Positions 49,801-62,477 of a DNA stretch of 64,000 bases are shown here, one piece after another. The translations under genes were made by a program, and so were the position numbers. The stretch comes from the human T2T-CHM13v2.0 reference genome, Homo sapiens, in the NCBI RefSeq assembly GCF_009914755.1, contig NC_060925.1; one strand, written 5' to 3'. The stretch's first letter is position 1. Every line of letters begins with the position of its first letter. The notes under the pieces are model-generated. The model made no database searches. It was not told where the DNA came from and saw only the letters and a program-made list of their open reading frames with translations.

Positions 49801-51433
49801 TTTTCCTAAAACATATATATATTTATTTATTTATTATTATTATACTTTAAGTTTTAGGGTACATGTGCACAATGTGCAGGTTAGTTACATATGTATCCAT
49901 GTGCCATGCTGGTGCGCTGCACCCACTAACTCGTCATCTAGCATTAGGTATATCTCCCAATGCTATCCCACCCCCCTCCCCCCACCCCACAACAGTCCCC
50001 AGAGTGTGATGTTCCCCTTCCTGTGTCCATGTGTTCTCATTGTTCAATTCCCACCTATGAGTGAGAATATGCCACCGCATATTGTTGTTCCTTTCCATGT
50101 TTAGCGCTTCCTTCAGGAGCTCTTTTAGGGCAGGCCTGGTGGTGACAAATTCTCTCAGCATTTGCTTGTCTGTAAAGTATTTTATTTCTCCTTCACTTAT
50201 GAAGCTTAGTTTGGCTGGATATGAAATTCTGGGTTGAAAATTCTTTTCTTTAAGAATGTTGAATATTGGCCCCACTCTCTTCTGGCTTGTAGAGTTTCTG
50301 CCGAGACATCTGCTTTTAGTCTGATGGGCTTCCCTTTGAGGTTAACCTGACCCTTCTCTCTGGCTGCCCTTAACTTTTTTTCCTTCATTTCAACTTTGGT
50401 GAATCTGACAATTATGTGTCTTGTTGTTGCCCTTCTCGAGGAGTATCTTTGTGGCGTTCTCTGTATTTCCTGAATCTGAATGTTGGCCTGCCTTGCTAGA
50501 TTGTGGAAGTTCTCCTGGATAATATCCTGCAGAGTGTTTTCCAACTTGGTTCCATTCTCCCCATCACTTTCAGGTACACCAATCAGACATAGATTTGGTC
50601 TTTTCACATAGTCCCATATTTCTTGGAGGCTTTGCTTGTTTCTTTTTATTCTTTTTTCTCTAAACTACCCTTCTCACTTCCTTTCATTCATTTCATCTTC
50701 CATCGCTGATACCCTTTCTTCCAGTTGATCGCATCGGCTCCTGAGGCTTCTGCATTCTTCACGTAGTTCTCAAGACTTGGTTTTCAGCTCCATCAGCTCC
50801 TTTAAGCACTTCTCTGTATTGGTTATTCTAGTTATACATTCTTCTAAGGCTCCACCTCTGGGGGCAGGGCACAGACAAACAAAAAGACAGCAGTAACCTC
50901 TGCAGACTTAAATGTCCCTGTCTGACAGATTTGAAGAGAGCAGTGGTTCTCCCAGCACGCAGCTGGAGATCTGAGAACGGGCAGACTGCCTCCTCAAGTG
51001 GGTACCTGACCTCTGACCCCCGAGCAGCCTAACTGGGAGGCACCCCCCAGCAGGGGCAGACTGACACCTCACACGGCCAGGTAGTCCAACAGACCTGCAG
51101 CTGAGGGTCCTGTCTGTTAGAAGGAAAACTAACCAGCAGAAAGGACATCCACACCAAAAACCCATCTGTACTTCACCATCATCAAAGACCAAAAGTAGAT
51201 AAAACCACAAAGATGGGGAAAAAACAGAGCAGAAAAACTGGAAACTCTAAAAAGCAGAGCACCTCTCCTCCTCCAAAGGAACGCAGTTCCTCACCAGCAA
51301 CGAAACAAAGCTGGATGGAGAATGACTTTGACGAGCTGAGAGAAGAAGGCTTCAGATGATCAAATTACTCTGAGCTACGGGAGGACATTCAAAGCAAAGG
51401 CAAAGAAGTTGAAAACTTTGAAAAAAATTTAAA
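49801..51433 (-). mobile_element. Rearranged young L1PA (about PA2/PA3): 3'UTR joined to ORF1 (ORF2 deleted) plus an inverted 5'UTR/ORF1-start segment
   Basis: 3'UTR(-) to 50072, ORF1(-) 50084-50847, 5'UTR and ORF1 start (+) 50847-51431 (ATG at 51213); TSD gagttacttgaatagtttt at 49782-49800 and 51434-51452. Confidence 0.95.
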
Positions 51434-51520
51434 GAGTTACTTGAATAGTTTTTAAAATTCCATTTTTATGTATCTATAGTAATGTTGATTATATCTGTGT
51501 ATATATTTTATTGATGGCTT

Positions 51521-51589
51521 TACATACATATATATATACACACATACATATATATATACATATATATACATATATATATGTATATATAT

Positions 51590-51635
<46 letters not shown>

Positions 51636-51649
51636 ATATATATATATAT
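51521..51649 (+). repeat. Compound (TA)n/(CA) microsatellite
   Basis: Direct reading, about 130 bp. Confidence 0.95.
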
Positions 51650-52374
51650 CTTATCACAGTCCACTGGGGTCAATATTTTACCAGTTCCCATAGAAACATT
51701 ACCTCCCTTTACTTCATTTTATCTCTGCCATTTATAATATAATTGTGTTTAATATTTCCTCTAAATTCCTTTTGAACAGTGAAAATAGTGTTATATTTTC
51801 ACTTCACCTGTCAAAATACTTTGGAAAACTGTAGTGAAAAGAAAAAGTTTTATATTTATCATATTTTTCCTTTTTCCATTCTTTCTTAATTCCTGTTATT
51901 CCATAATTCCTTCATTTATCTCTTTCCTTCCTTCCAAACAATTTTATGTAATGTCCTGAAAATGTATGAAATAAAAATTTTTAAAGTATATACAATATTG
52001 AAAAGTTTTCTAGAGTTTTGGAATATACAGATATATTAAAGAAGTTGTTGAGAAAACAAAGCAAGGTGAGAAAACTATTTCTGTGTAATTACATAACTAT
52101 CTCTGTGTTCATTTAAAGGTAGAGTTTTCTAAGACTACAGAGAAAGATTACATAACTATACAAAAGTGTTATTTGTTGAGAGAAAAAGTGGACAGTAAAA
52201 CCAAGCATTATTTGACAAAATTTATCATTTAATCATAAATAATATTTAAACAGATATATAGTTATAGAAAAACATTTTTTCAGCAAATATTTATAGATAC
52301 AATTTATATGTCTATAGTTCCCTATATTTCTTTGCTGAAAGTGTTTTGGTACTACTTGTATATAGATAGAAGCA

Positions 52375-52700
52375 TTTTTTAACATACTTTATTTTCTGAG
52401 TACTTTTATGTTAAAAGCAAAACTGGGAGAAAAATATAGAGTTAATCCACATACTCCCAAACTCCACAGATGCACAGCCTCCTAAATTATCAATATCTCC
52501 CACCAGGTAGCACATTTGTTACAATTATTGAAAGCAAATGACACATTATTATTCCCCAAAGACCACAGTGTATGTTACAGTCCACCTTGGTGTTGCACAT
52601 TTATGAGTTTGGACAAGAAGTGTATATATATACATAAATTTATATATATATTTTATATATATATAAATGTATATATATATATTTTAAGTGATGGAATGTT
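52375..52700 (-). mobile_element. L1MC-type 3' end
   Basis: actttatttt...aaagcaaaactg...gcacagcctcc...cacatttgttacaatt...gacacattattat...ttggtgttgcacatt. Confidence 0.7.
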
Positions 52701-54744
52701 GTAGAAGTTGTCAAACACACCTCTATAACTCTAAATGTATCACACTGTGATTTAAAAAGATAATGTCTATGACAAATATATCAAAACCCAGTTACAACTA
52801 AAATAATTTTTAGTTAATAGTAAATACAATAAATATTTAAAATGATAATAAAAATCCAAACTAGCAGCACCAGTAGTAACTGTTCGGTATGTTAATTTTG
52901 GATTTGTATGAACTCTCACTGCAGAATATTGGACACCTCTCAGTTACACATGATTATTCATATTTGATCTAACTTTGTCCAACTTAATTATTCAACCTTT
53001 CCTTAAAAATCCCCTCATAAATATTTTATGCAGTACATGCACCATGGCTTACTTGTTTCTGCTCATATTTTAAAAGTCCCATGTCTTCTGCAGGTTAGTT
53101 TTGGGTTGCTGAGAGCATAAATGTGAAAATAGGCAGGAGTTACAGAATTACAGAGTTCCTCTACATTAAGAATAACTTTCAGGTAAGTGCTGTATATATT
53201 TAAATAGAATGCGAATATTTTCACAGAATATAGAAAATATTTATTTAGCTTCTGTCTAGTGAATACTATTATATGTCCTTGTTATAAAACATAATTAATG
53301 ATGATAATAATAATAATCTTTAAAGTATAGACATTTATAGTTGTGTTTCACTTCGGCAAAAAGATAAAAATATTAGTTTAAAATTTAGCATTTATAACAA
53401 GTTGGTATATCACCTTCAAAATGAATGGGGGATGCTAAGGCCTTATTTTACACTTATAAAAACATAACGATAATTCTTATAATTAGATAACATATTTTAA
53501 TTTTCCAAGTTTCTGAATATAGAGCAGATGGAAATCAACTTTTTAAAAATTTAAAGGAAAGATAATCTCAAGATGATCTCCAAAGAGTAATTAAAATTAA
53601 ATTTTGTAGAAACAGTAATGCTTTGATATCAATGTAAACATAAATTAAATGATATAATGACTCTTATAGTGATAATTTAAATCCAATGTTTTATAGAAAA
53701 GAAATAATTCAGATAGGGATGGGGTGACTATGAAGATGAGGGTAATCATTCTTTTTGTAAAATAAATATATTGTAATCAGAAGACTCCAAATAGGCAATA
53801 CAGAAGTAATATTCAATAAAGATTGAAAAAGGAGAGAGTAAAAGCTATAAATTAAATATTGAGAAATCAGGCTGCTATATGACATAATTATCTGACAATG
53901 AAAATAAATAAGCTTTTAAGCATCAGTCATTTATTTCATTTGTTCCATTTTTAATAAAATTGCAATTAAGTATTCTGTCAAATAGCCTTACTTATTCTGG
54001 TTTAGGCTTGAGTAAATATTTTATAAATTAAGTATGAGGACACTTCTGAAAGAACTAGGTCAGTTAAAAGTCAGTAAAGCCAGAAGTCCAGATGGCACTG
54101 AATTCACTCAACTAAAATTAACTACTTTGAATTTGGCTCAGTCTCAATATTCAATTATTAATGTGATATATGTGAAAATCTGGCAAATTGGAAAATGGAA
54201 GATGATTCAGTTCTTCTAATTACAGGGTTAGATAAAGTAAATATTTTTATTTTCCCCCTAGGTATTTAAAAATACAACTGATGGTTTAATAAAAAATTTA
54301 ACAATCAACATAAAATCATAAATAATTTATTTTTTCCATTAGGTAGTACTTCAAATTGCCATTCATATAAAAGTTAGTCATCTAATGAAGAAAAAACACT
54401 ATACATCAAATAAAATAAATGTTTAATTTTAAAAAAATGGAAACCTGAAGAAAGTAAGAATTCTACACTTATGCAAGTCTGCCACTAACTCGTTTTATGA
54501 ACTTGAAGAAATTACTTTGTCATTTGTATTCTTTATTTTCCATGCTATAAAACCAAGAACCTAGGCTTAAATCATTAAAATGTTTCTTTTTTAGATTTTT
54601 GGCTTTCAATTATATAACATCTATAATAGAAGAATATCATGCATTTACACTTTTCAATAAACATATAAACATATCCCTAGGTAGCTAGTATGTGATTCAC
54701 CATATTATTTTATGAAGACTTACATATTAAAAATTATCCTTCAC

Positions 54745-56335
54745 AAATCATCACACTATATGACTTCAAAGCATACTACGAAGATATATTAACCCAAACT
54801 GATACTGGTATAAGAACAGACACATAGACCAATGAAACAGAAGAGAGAGCTCAGAAATAAATCCATGTAGTTATAGCCAACTGATTTTTAACAAAGGTGC
54901 TAAGAACACACTGAAAGGACAGTTTCTTCAAAAAATGGCACTGGGAAAACGATATTATCATGCAGATATATGAAATTAGATATTTATCTCCCACCATATG
55001 CAAAAACAACACAAAATGGATCAAAGATTTAAATTTAAGACTTGAAACTAGGAGAAAAAGCATAGGAAAAAAGCTCCATGTTACTGGTCTAGGTTAGGAT
55101 GTTTTGGATAAAACCTCAAAAGCACAGACAATAAAGGCAAATATAGATAGATAAGATTACATGAAAGTAAAAAGCTTCTGCACAGCAAAGGAAACTTCCG
55201 ACAAAGTGAAGAGACAACCCACAGAATGGGAGAAAATATCTGCAAACCATCCACCTGGCAAAGGATTAATAACCGAAATATACAAGGAGCTCAAACAGCT
55301 CAACAGCAAAAAATCAAATAATCCAGTTAAAAACTGGGCAAAAAATTTGAAGAGACATTTCTCAAAAGAAGACATACAAATGGCCAATAGGCATCTGGAA
55401 AAATTCTCAACATTATTAATCATCAGAGAAACACAAATCAAAACAATAATGAGATATCACCTCACTCCAGTTAGAATGGCTGTTATAAAAAATAAAAAAA
55501 TAAAAAGTGTAAGTAAAGATGTGGTGAAAAGGGAACCCTTATATACTGCTGGCATTAGTATAGCAATTGTAGAAAAAATTTGGAGGTTCCTCAAAAAATT
55601 AAAAATCAAACTACAATATCATCCAGCAATTCCACTCCTGGGTAACTATCTGAATGAAATGAAATCAGTGTGTGGGAGAGAGATTTGCATTCTTTAGTTT
55701 ATGGCAGCACTATTGACAATATCCAAGATATGGAATCAATCCAAATGTCCATTAATTGATGAATGAATAAAGACAGTATGGCATTTATACACAGTAGAAT
55801 ACTATTCAGGCATAAAAAAACTCCTGTCATTTGCAACAATATGAATGAACCTGGAGTATATTACATTAAGTGAGCTATGCCAGGCACAGAAACGCATATA
55901 CTGCATTATCTCACTAATATATGGAATCAAAGAAGTTATTCTCATGAAAGAAGAATAGTGATTATTAGAAAGCAAGGAGAAGAGGGGGAGATGGGGGTAA
56001 ACTGGTCAATTGCTACAACACCCCAGCTTCATAGGAGCAATAAGTTCTGATGTTCTATTGCATAGTAGGATGACTAGTTAACAATGATGTTAACATAGAG
56101 ATATTTTGAAATATACAGATATTTGTAAATATAAACATATTTTGAAATATCTGTAGATTTCAAAAAAGCTAGAAGAGAGGTTTTAAAACCTCATTAGAAA
56201 AAAATGATAAATGTTTAAGATAATGGATATGCTAATTATCCTGATTTGATCATTACATAATGTGTACATATATCAAACATAATATTGTATCCCATAAATA
56301 TGTACAATTATGTGTTAATCATAAATTAACGAAGA
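54745..56335 (+). mobile_element. L1PB/L1MA 3' portion
   Basis: ORF 55161-55697 is the L1 ORF2 C-terminus (KSFCTAKET...[12 protein letters not shown]...[14 protein letters not shown]); 3'UTR follows. Confidence 0.92.
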
Positions 56336-57642
56336 AAAATATTTTATACTATATGTCCTATCACATGCACATACTTATAACAATAAAATATTGTTTCTTT
56401 TCTGTTTTGTTGGCAATATTCAACTGACACCCTGTAAAAACAATGATAACTATATTCAGCCATAACTTTATATCAATGTTCTCATTCTTTGAAGACTCAT
56501 AATAATTTGTAATGCATCTATAAATACAATCATCACTCTTGTAGAGATGATAAAACAAAGACTTAATGAGATAAAGATATCTGCCCAATATGAAACATTT
56601 CATAAATTAGTGCTGTCCAAAAAAAAAAATTGTGAACCAAAAATGTTATTTTAATTTCTGAGCAGAAGAGCAACATACTCTAAAGGAAATGAAAGAAGTT
56701 TGTGAGCTGGCACTGTGGTTGAAAAGGAGTATCTGAATTTAAATAAGCGATTTTGGAGGGCACTGAAACATTTTGATTGTAAGAGTAGGGTGTCCAAGGG
56801 CCATAAAGACAGAAATGAAAGGAGTTTTAGAGAAAATAAAACTATATATTTTTAATATTTATTTGAAATATTAACTAATGAAAACTGTATATTACCTCTT
56901 CAAGGTAATAGAATTATTTGTTGAATTAAAGACTAAACTAGGTGTGGAGGTGGGGGTATAACTTTAGATAAAATGGCCATGACCTAGACCTAGTTGTTAT
57001 AAGGATTAAGTTTGAAACATATCAACATTCTCTGTAGTCTAGCTGGATGGATCAGTTTTTTTTTTAATTCCATGTCCTAGAGCGCAACTATTTTAGCACA
57101 GATAATCAAGATTTATTGTACAGCAGGCACATTTACAGTTAGACACAAGAATGAGGTTAAAGAGACCAGGGAAAAGTGGGTTATATAAATGTAACATCTC
57201 AAAGGTAGATGGAGTAATTCTTATGCATAAAATTCATTGAATAGTTTAGAATATTTAAATAAAAGATACTATTGTAAAACAATATAGTACCTCAATATTT
57301 ACAATTGTTCAAATTTTATAGCTTTGATTAGCAGTAAAAATTACAATTGACACTACTAGTTTCTCCAAAAATAAATCATTTCCATGAAACTCGTGTAGTT
57401 CTGAGGAGCACATATTGTTTAAACTCTTGAGTGTCTACTGAGTGCAAAATACTCTGTCTTGTATAGTGCGTTTTGTCACTTTACAGATTTGGAAACAAAA
57501 TCCTAGTTGGGATTGGTTCAGTGACATTGCTAAAGTTAAAGAGTAATAATTAGGAATGAAATTAAAAATTAAAACATACAATATTTATTAAATATTTTAA
57601 GTTTTTTTTAATGCCCTATGACGAACTGAGCTCCTCATTTAA

Positions 57643-57957
<315 letters not shown>

Positions 57958-58522
57958 TAATAGAAAGCAAGGCCATATTTTCACTCAAACTAGTTAAGTT
58001 ATTCTAGTCTATCATTCAGTCTTACTGCTTTTTAATTTTTTTCAAAGTGTAGATTTTGCTCATCAGTAATGTGAAGCACTGTTCACCACCTCCCTCGAAA
58101 AAAAGAGCTTCCATATTAAGAAGTAACTTTCTTTTTTTCATTTTCCTTCCATCTGTACTTTACAACACTAACAAAAGACAAAAATAATGAACAAGCTTCC
58201 ATTTCCTGCAAGATGGTGGATTGTCCTACCATAAAAATAATTAAATGTGTGACTAAAATAAACATTTCAAAATACGTTGAACTGGCAAGAAAATTAGGAA
58301 ACTTTAGAAGCAAAAATCTGAGAAAGCTAAGTCATAGGAATGTGAACCAAACACTGAAGCAAGATTTGCTCTGATGACATTTGCCTAACCCAGATGAACT
58401 TAAACTTCAGTTTGTATGACCTTTCTGTTTGATATGGTATAAACATATATCAAAGGAGTCAAGGTAATAGGGAACCTCTAACTCCTTCCACACCCTCACC
58501 TACACCTAAAACTGTGGCTTCG

Positions 58523-58666
58523 ATAGTTTTCAATTCTATTTAAGGGCAACGTAGACATAATTTTGCTTTTGAGAAGACATAAGAACACTTGTATATAGTT
58601 TTCAATTATATTTAACGGCAACCTAAACATAATTTTGCTTTTGAGAAGACATAAGAACACTTGTAT
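58523..58666 (+). repeat. 72-bp tandem duplication (2 copies, 4 mismatches)
   Basis: atagttttcaatt...cataattttgcttttgagaagacataagaacacttgtat twice. Confidence 0.96.
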
Positions 58667-58754
58667 ATCTTGAATTTTAGCACTAGATAAAAGAAAATCT
58701 CTCATGAATGGCAAAACTGAAAGTGTAAAAGAGTAATGATTGTGTAAGTATTGT

Positions 58755-59046
58755 TGTTCTTGCGACAGTTTGCTGAGAATGATGGTTTCCAGCTTCATCC
58801 TTGTCTCCACAAAGGAGGTGGGAATTGAACAATGAGAACACATGGACACAGGAAGGGGAACATCACACACTGGGGACTGTTGTAGGGTGGGGGAAGGGGG
58901 GAGGGATAGCATTAGGTGATATACCTAATGCTAAATGACGAGTTAATGGGTGCAGCACACCAGCATAGCACATGTATACATATGTAACAAACCTGCACAT
59001 TGTGCACATGTACCCTAAAACTTAAAGTATAATAATAATAAAAAAA
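58755..59046 (+). mobile_element. Short L1PA (about PA4/5) with 5' inversion
   Basis: About 60 bp of reverse L1 (58755-58816), then sense 3'UTR and A tail; TSD aag[t/g]attgttgtt. Confidence 0.93.
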
Positions 59047-59239
59047 GGATTGTTGTTAATACAATTAAAACAACTAAACAATAGACATATAATTAAGGAG
59101 GAGAGGAAATGTAGTTAAAAGATTCTGAAGTCCTTGAATTTTCTGAAGAAAGATATTAACAAAGGTTAGACTTTATAGCATTGCCATATGTTAAAATGTA
59201 TATATGTTTATATGTGTTAATATTTCTAAAGTTACAACT

Positions 59240-59880
59240 AAAATGGTGCAGACACTGTGGAAAACAGTATGGCAGTTTGGGGACATAAAATTAAAAACAG
59301 AATTACCATATGATCCAGCAATTCCACTTCTAGATATATATGTAAAATAATTGAAAGCAGGGTGTCAAATAAATATTTGTATACCCATGTTCATAGCAGC
59401 ATAATTTACAATATCTCAAAGGTCTAAGCAACCCAAGTGTACATCAACAGATTAATGAATAAGCAAAGTGTGGTATCGATACAAAATAAAATATTATTCA
59501 GCCTCGAAAGTATGTTTGAACTCATACTACGGCATGTGTGAATCTTGAGGACATTATGCTAAGTGTAATAAGTCCACAATAAAAAAAAAACTGCTAAAAA
59601 TATTGTATGATTCCACCTATATGAGTTGTTTAGAGTACCCCAAAATTTGAGAGACAGAGTAGAATGGTAGTTGTCGGGAGACAGGAGAAGGAGAAATGGA
59701 AAGTCATTTTTTAATAAATAGATTTTCACATTTGAAGGTGAACAGATTTCTGAAAATGTATAGTATTGATAGTTGTACAATATGGATATATTTAATACAA
59801 TTGACATATACACTTAAAAATGGTTAAGATGATAAATTTTATGATACGTCTATTTTACTGTAATTTTTTAAATTTAAAAA
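59240..59880 (+). mobile_element. L1MB-type 3' end
   Basis: aaaatggtgcagacactgtggaaaacagtatggcagtt...gaattaccatatgatccagcaattccacttctag...cacttaaaaatggttaagatgataaattttatg. Confidence 0.85.
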
Positions 59881-62424
59881 CATGATTTCGGCATATATTG
59901 AATAGTTTTAGAGAAGTGTGATTAACTTTCTATAGTTCCAACAAAAATAATTTTCAAATGACTGGTATTAACCTCATGATCGAAGATTTTTATTTTACAA
60001 GTCTCATTGTGTTATACTCTATATTGAACCCTAAGAAAATTCACACTGGGTATGACAATTTTGCTTAAAGTTGATTCATAATGCCAAAGAATCATTTGTG
60101 AGAAATCCAATTTTATTTTCCCTGATTATTTATATAAGGAAGAATAATCCCATTTTACTTAGGAAATAATTCTTTCCAGGAGTGTACACCACTCTAATTT
60201 ATAATTTGCTAATCTGAAAATATTACTTGGTTAATTCTAGTTATAAAAATAACATTTAAATCTCAAAGATTCAGAATGAAATCCCTAAAATTAATCTAAT
60301 TTATTTTATTTTAATCTTCTACTGTAATGGTTTTGGAAACTTCAATTACCAGATTTCATAGAGATCCCTTCAGAGTCTGCAGCTGGAATACATGGAGTAG
60401 GCTACAATGGCCAATCTCTAGTGTCTGTATATTTTCCCTTATTTGTAAGTTTTGTGTTTTAGTATATATGGACTCACCTCTTTTGTGGTTGTTGTTTTTT
60501 TTTTTTTTAAGTGCAGTTCTAACAAACTAAACTGATGTTTCCCCTTTCAAATAACACCAAGGAAAGAACCCACAGGAAACAGATAAGGAAGAGGATTATG
60601 TATTGAATGCAAAACATTTGCAGTTAATTGCATGAAAAATGTTCTGCACTTTCTTGACTTTCAGTGTACCGAGAAAAGCTTTTAACAGCTCATATTCATG
60701 TTTACTGAAAATATTCCACCATAAGGCATACAGGCTTTCTGAAAATACTAATTTGTGATCAAGATTAATTCAAGTGCTAGTCAAATACAACAAAGTTAAA
60801 CTACATATTTTCTGGTATTTCTAAGGCTAATATGTTTTTATATATGCTTAGAAATGATTACAACAGCATTCTGAATTGACCAAAATTTCTTTCTGGAAAA
60901 AATATGATAGATTATGTAAAATATCCAGCATACTGCATGCCATTTTTTAAATAAATGAGCTCCTCTAAAAGCCAAGATCATCAGTTATGGCCAACTTAAT
61001 GCATTATTATCATCTTCTCATATGTAATTATCATAACTTTCTCCCTTTGTTACTGTTTACTCAATCTCCCTCCCTTTCTCCAGTTTCTCTAACTCATTAA
61101 TTATATATTCATAGAACAGTTCCCTTTGAAATACCTAAGCCTCCACCTTTTCTCCAAGGCTTTTAATTGCTCATCTTTCAAAATCAGAGTCACTTATTAC
61201 ATATTTCTTCATTCTATAATTATCCAAATCCATGAGGTAAGAATAAATTAAATTAATAGATTAGCCCATGATGCATAACAAAGCAGCTATTTAATTTTAA
61301 ACAAAAACAATATAATTCAAGTGAGTGAATACCTGCTAGTGCATGTTACTTAATTCCATAACCAGCATGTAGGGTTTCATATTCCCTAGATAAATCATTA
61401 TTGAATGCTAGAGCCAGGTTTGAAACCCTGATAACTATTACTTAAAAACCCAAGTATTTTAAATTATGTTGTACTTTCTTTCTGACTCTGGGTTGGAGTC
61501 AGAATTCTAGCAAGAGTGCCAATGAACTGAAACAGCAAGCACAAGGTCCCATGTGCTTTTATCATAAATGACTGCAGTTTGAAAAAGTAGAACATTTATT
61601 TTAATTTCAATTATCAAGAAAGGCTTCATAGAAGACACAGCATTTAAACTTTGCCTTGAAAACTGACAATGATTTTTATATATGAGAAATATGAGGAAAG
61701 CATCCAAGGCTACAGAAAAGACCTGAGCACAGACATGGATAAATGAAAGTGAGGAGAATGTTTATGAAACAAAGATTAGTCCTAGTGTGAAAGGCAGAAT
61801 GTAAGGAGATATATAATCAATTTTGAAAAACAGTGGTTGGCAGCAGAGTATAATGATTAAGAATTTGACGTTAGTAGCCAAAAAAAAGTAGAAATTAAAT
61901 AGAAATAATGATATGGGTTTGAGGATTCAAAAAGTAATATTAATAAAAATTTGATCATAGAATCTGGGAAGTGATATAAACCAAATGCCAACCAAAAATA
62001 CTTATTTTAATGTTATCTTCAGTTAATATGGAGGTTAATTTTTTCTGTGGGAAAGTTTATATCATCACAGTGTTATAAAAAACTTTTCCTATATGAAAAG
62101 AAGTTGATTAGATCTTCTAAATTGTATAAGAGTAAAATAACTGGTGACACTAAAGATAGAGAAGAAGAAAGAAAAGCTGCGTCTAAAGAGAGAGTGGAGA
62201 AATAAAACAATCGTAAAGTCTATTTGCACAGATGAAAAAGAGTTTATAAAGTTTAAAAACAACACAACTTATAAGAATAGTGCCAGGAGAGTAAATACTC
62301 ACATACCTAGAGGCATGTTGATCATATTATTAATATAAATTCAAAACATGTTATCTTAATTAGACAAAATATTTAAACTCAACACTGTCTAGAAAATATA
62401 AAAAATACATGATATTTGAAAAGT

Positions 62425-62427
<3 letters not shown>

Positions 62428-62473
<46 letters not shown>
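62428..62473 (+). repeat. (TA)n microsatellite
   Basis: About 22 perfect TA units. Confidence 0.97.

Positions 62474-62477
<4 letters not shown>

Noticed and set aside
55161-55697. 178-aa ORF
   Set aside because: C-terminal L1 ORF2 fragment of an old truncated element.
58523-58666. Direct repeats (also 35311-35388) as a possible CRISPR-like array
   Set aside because: Only two adjacent copies, no spacers, eukaryotic context.
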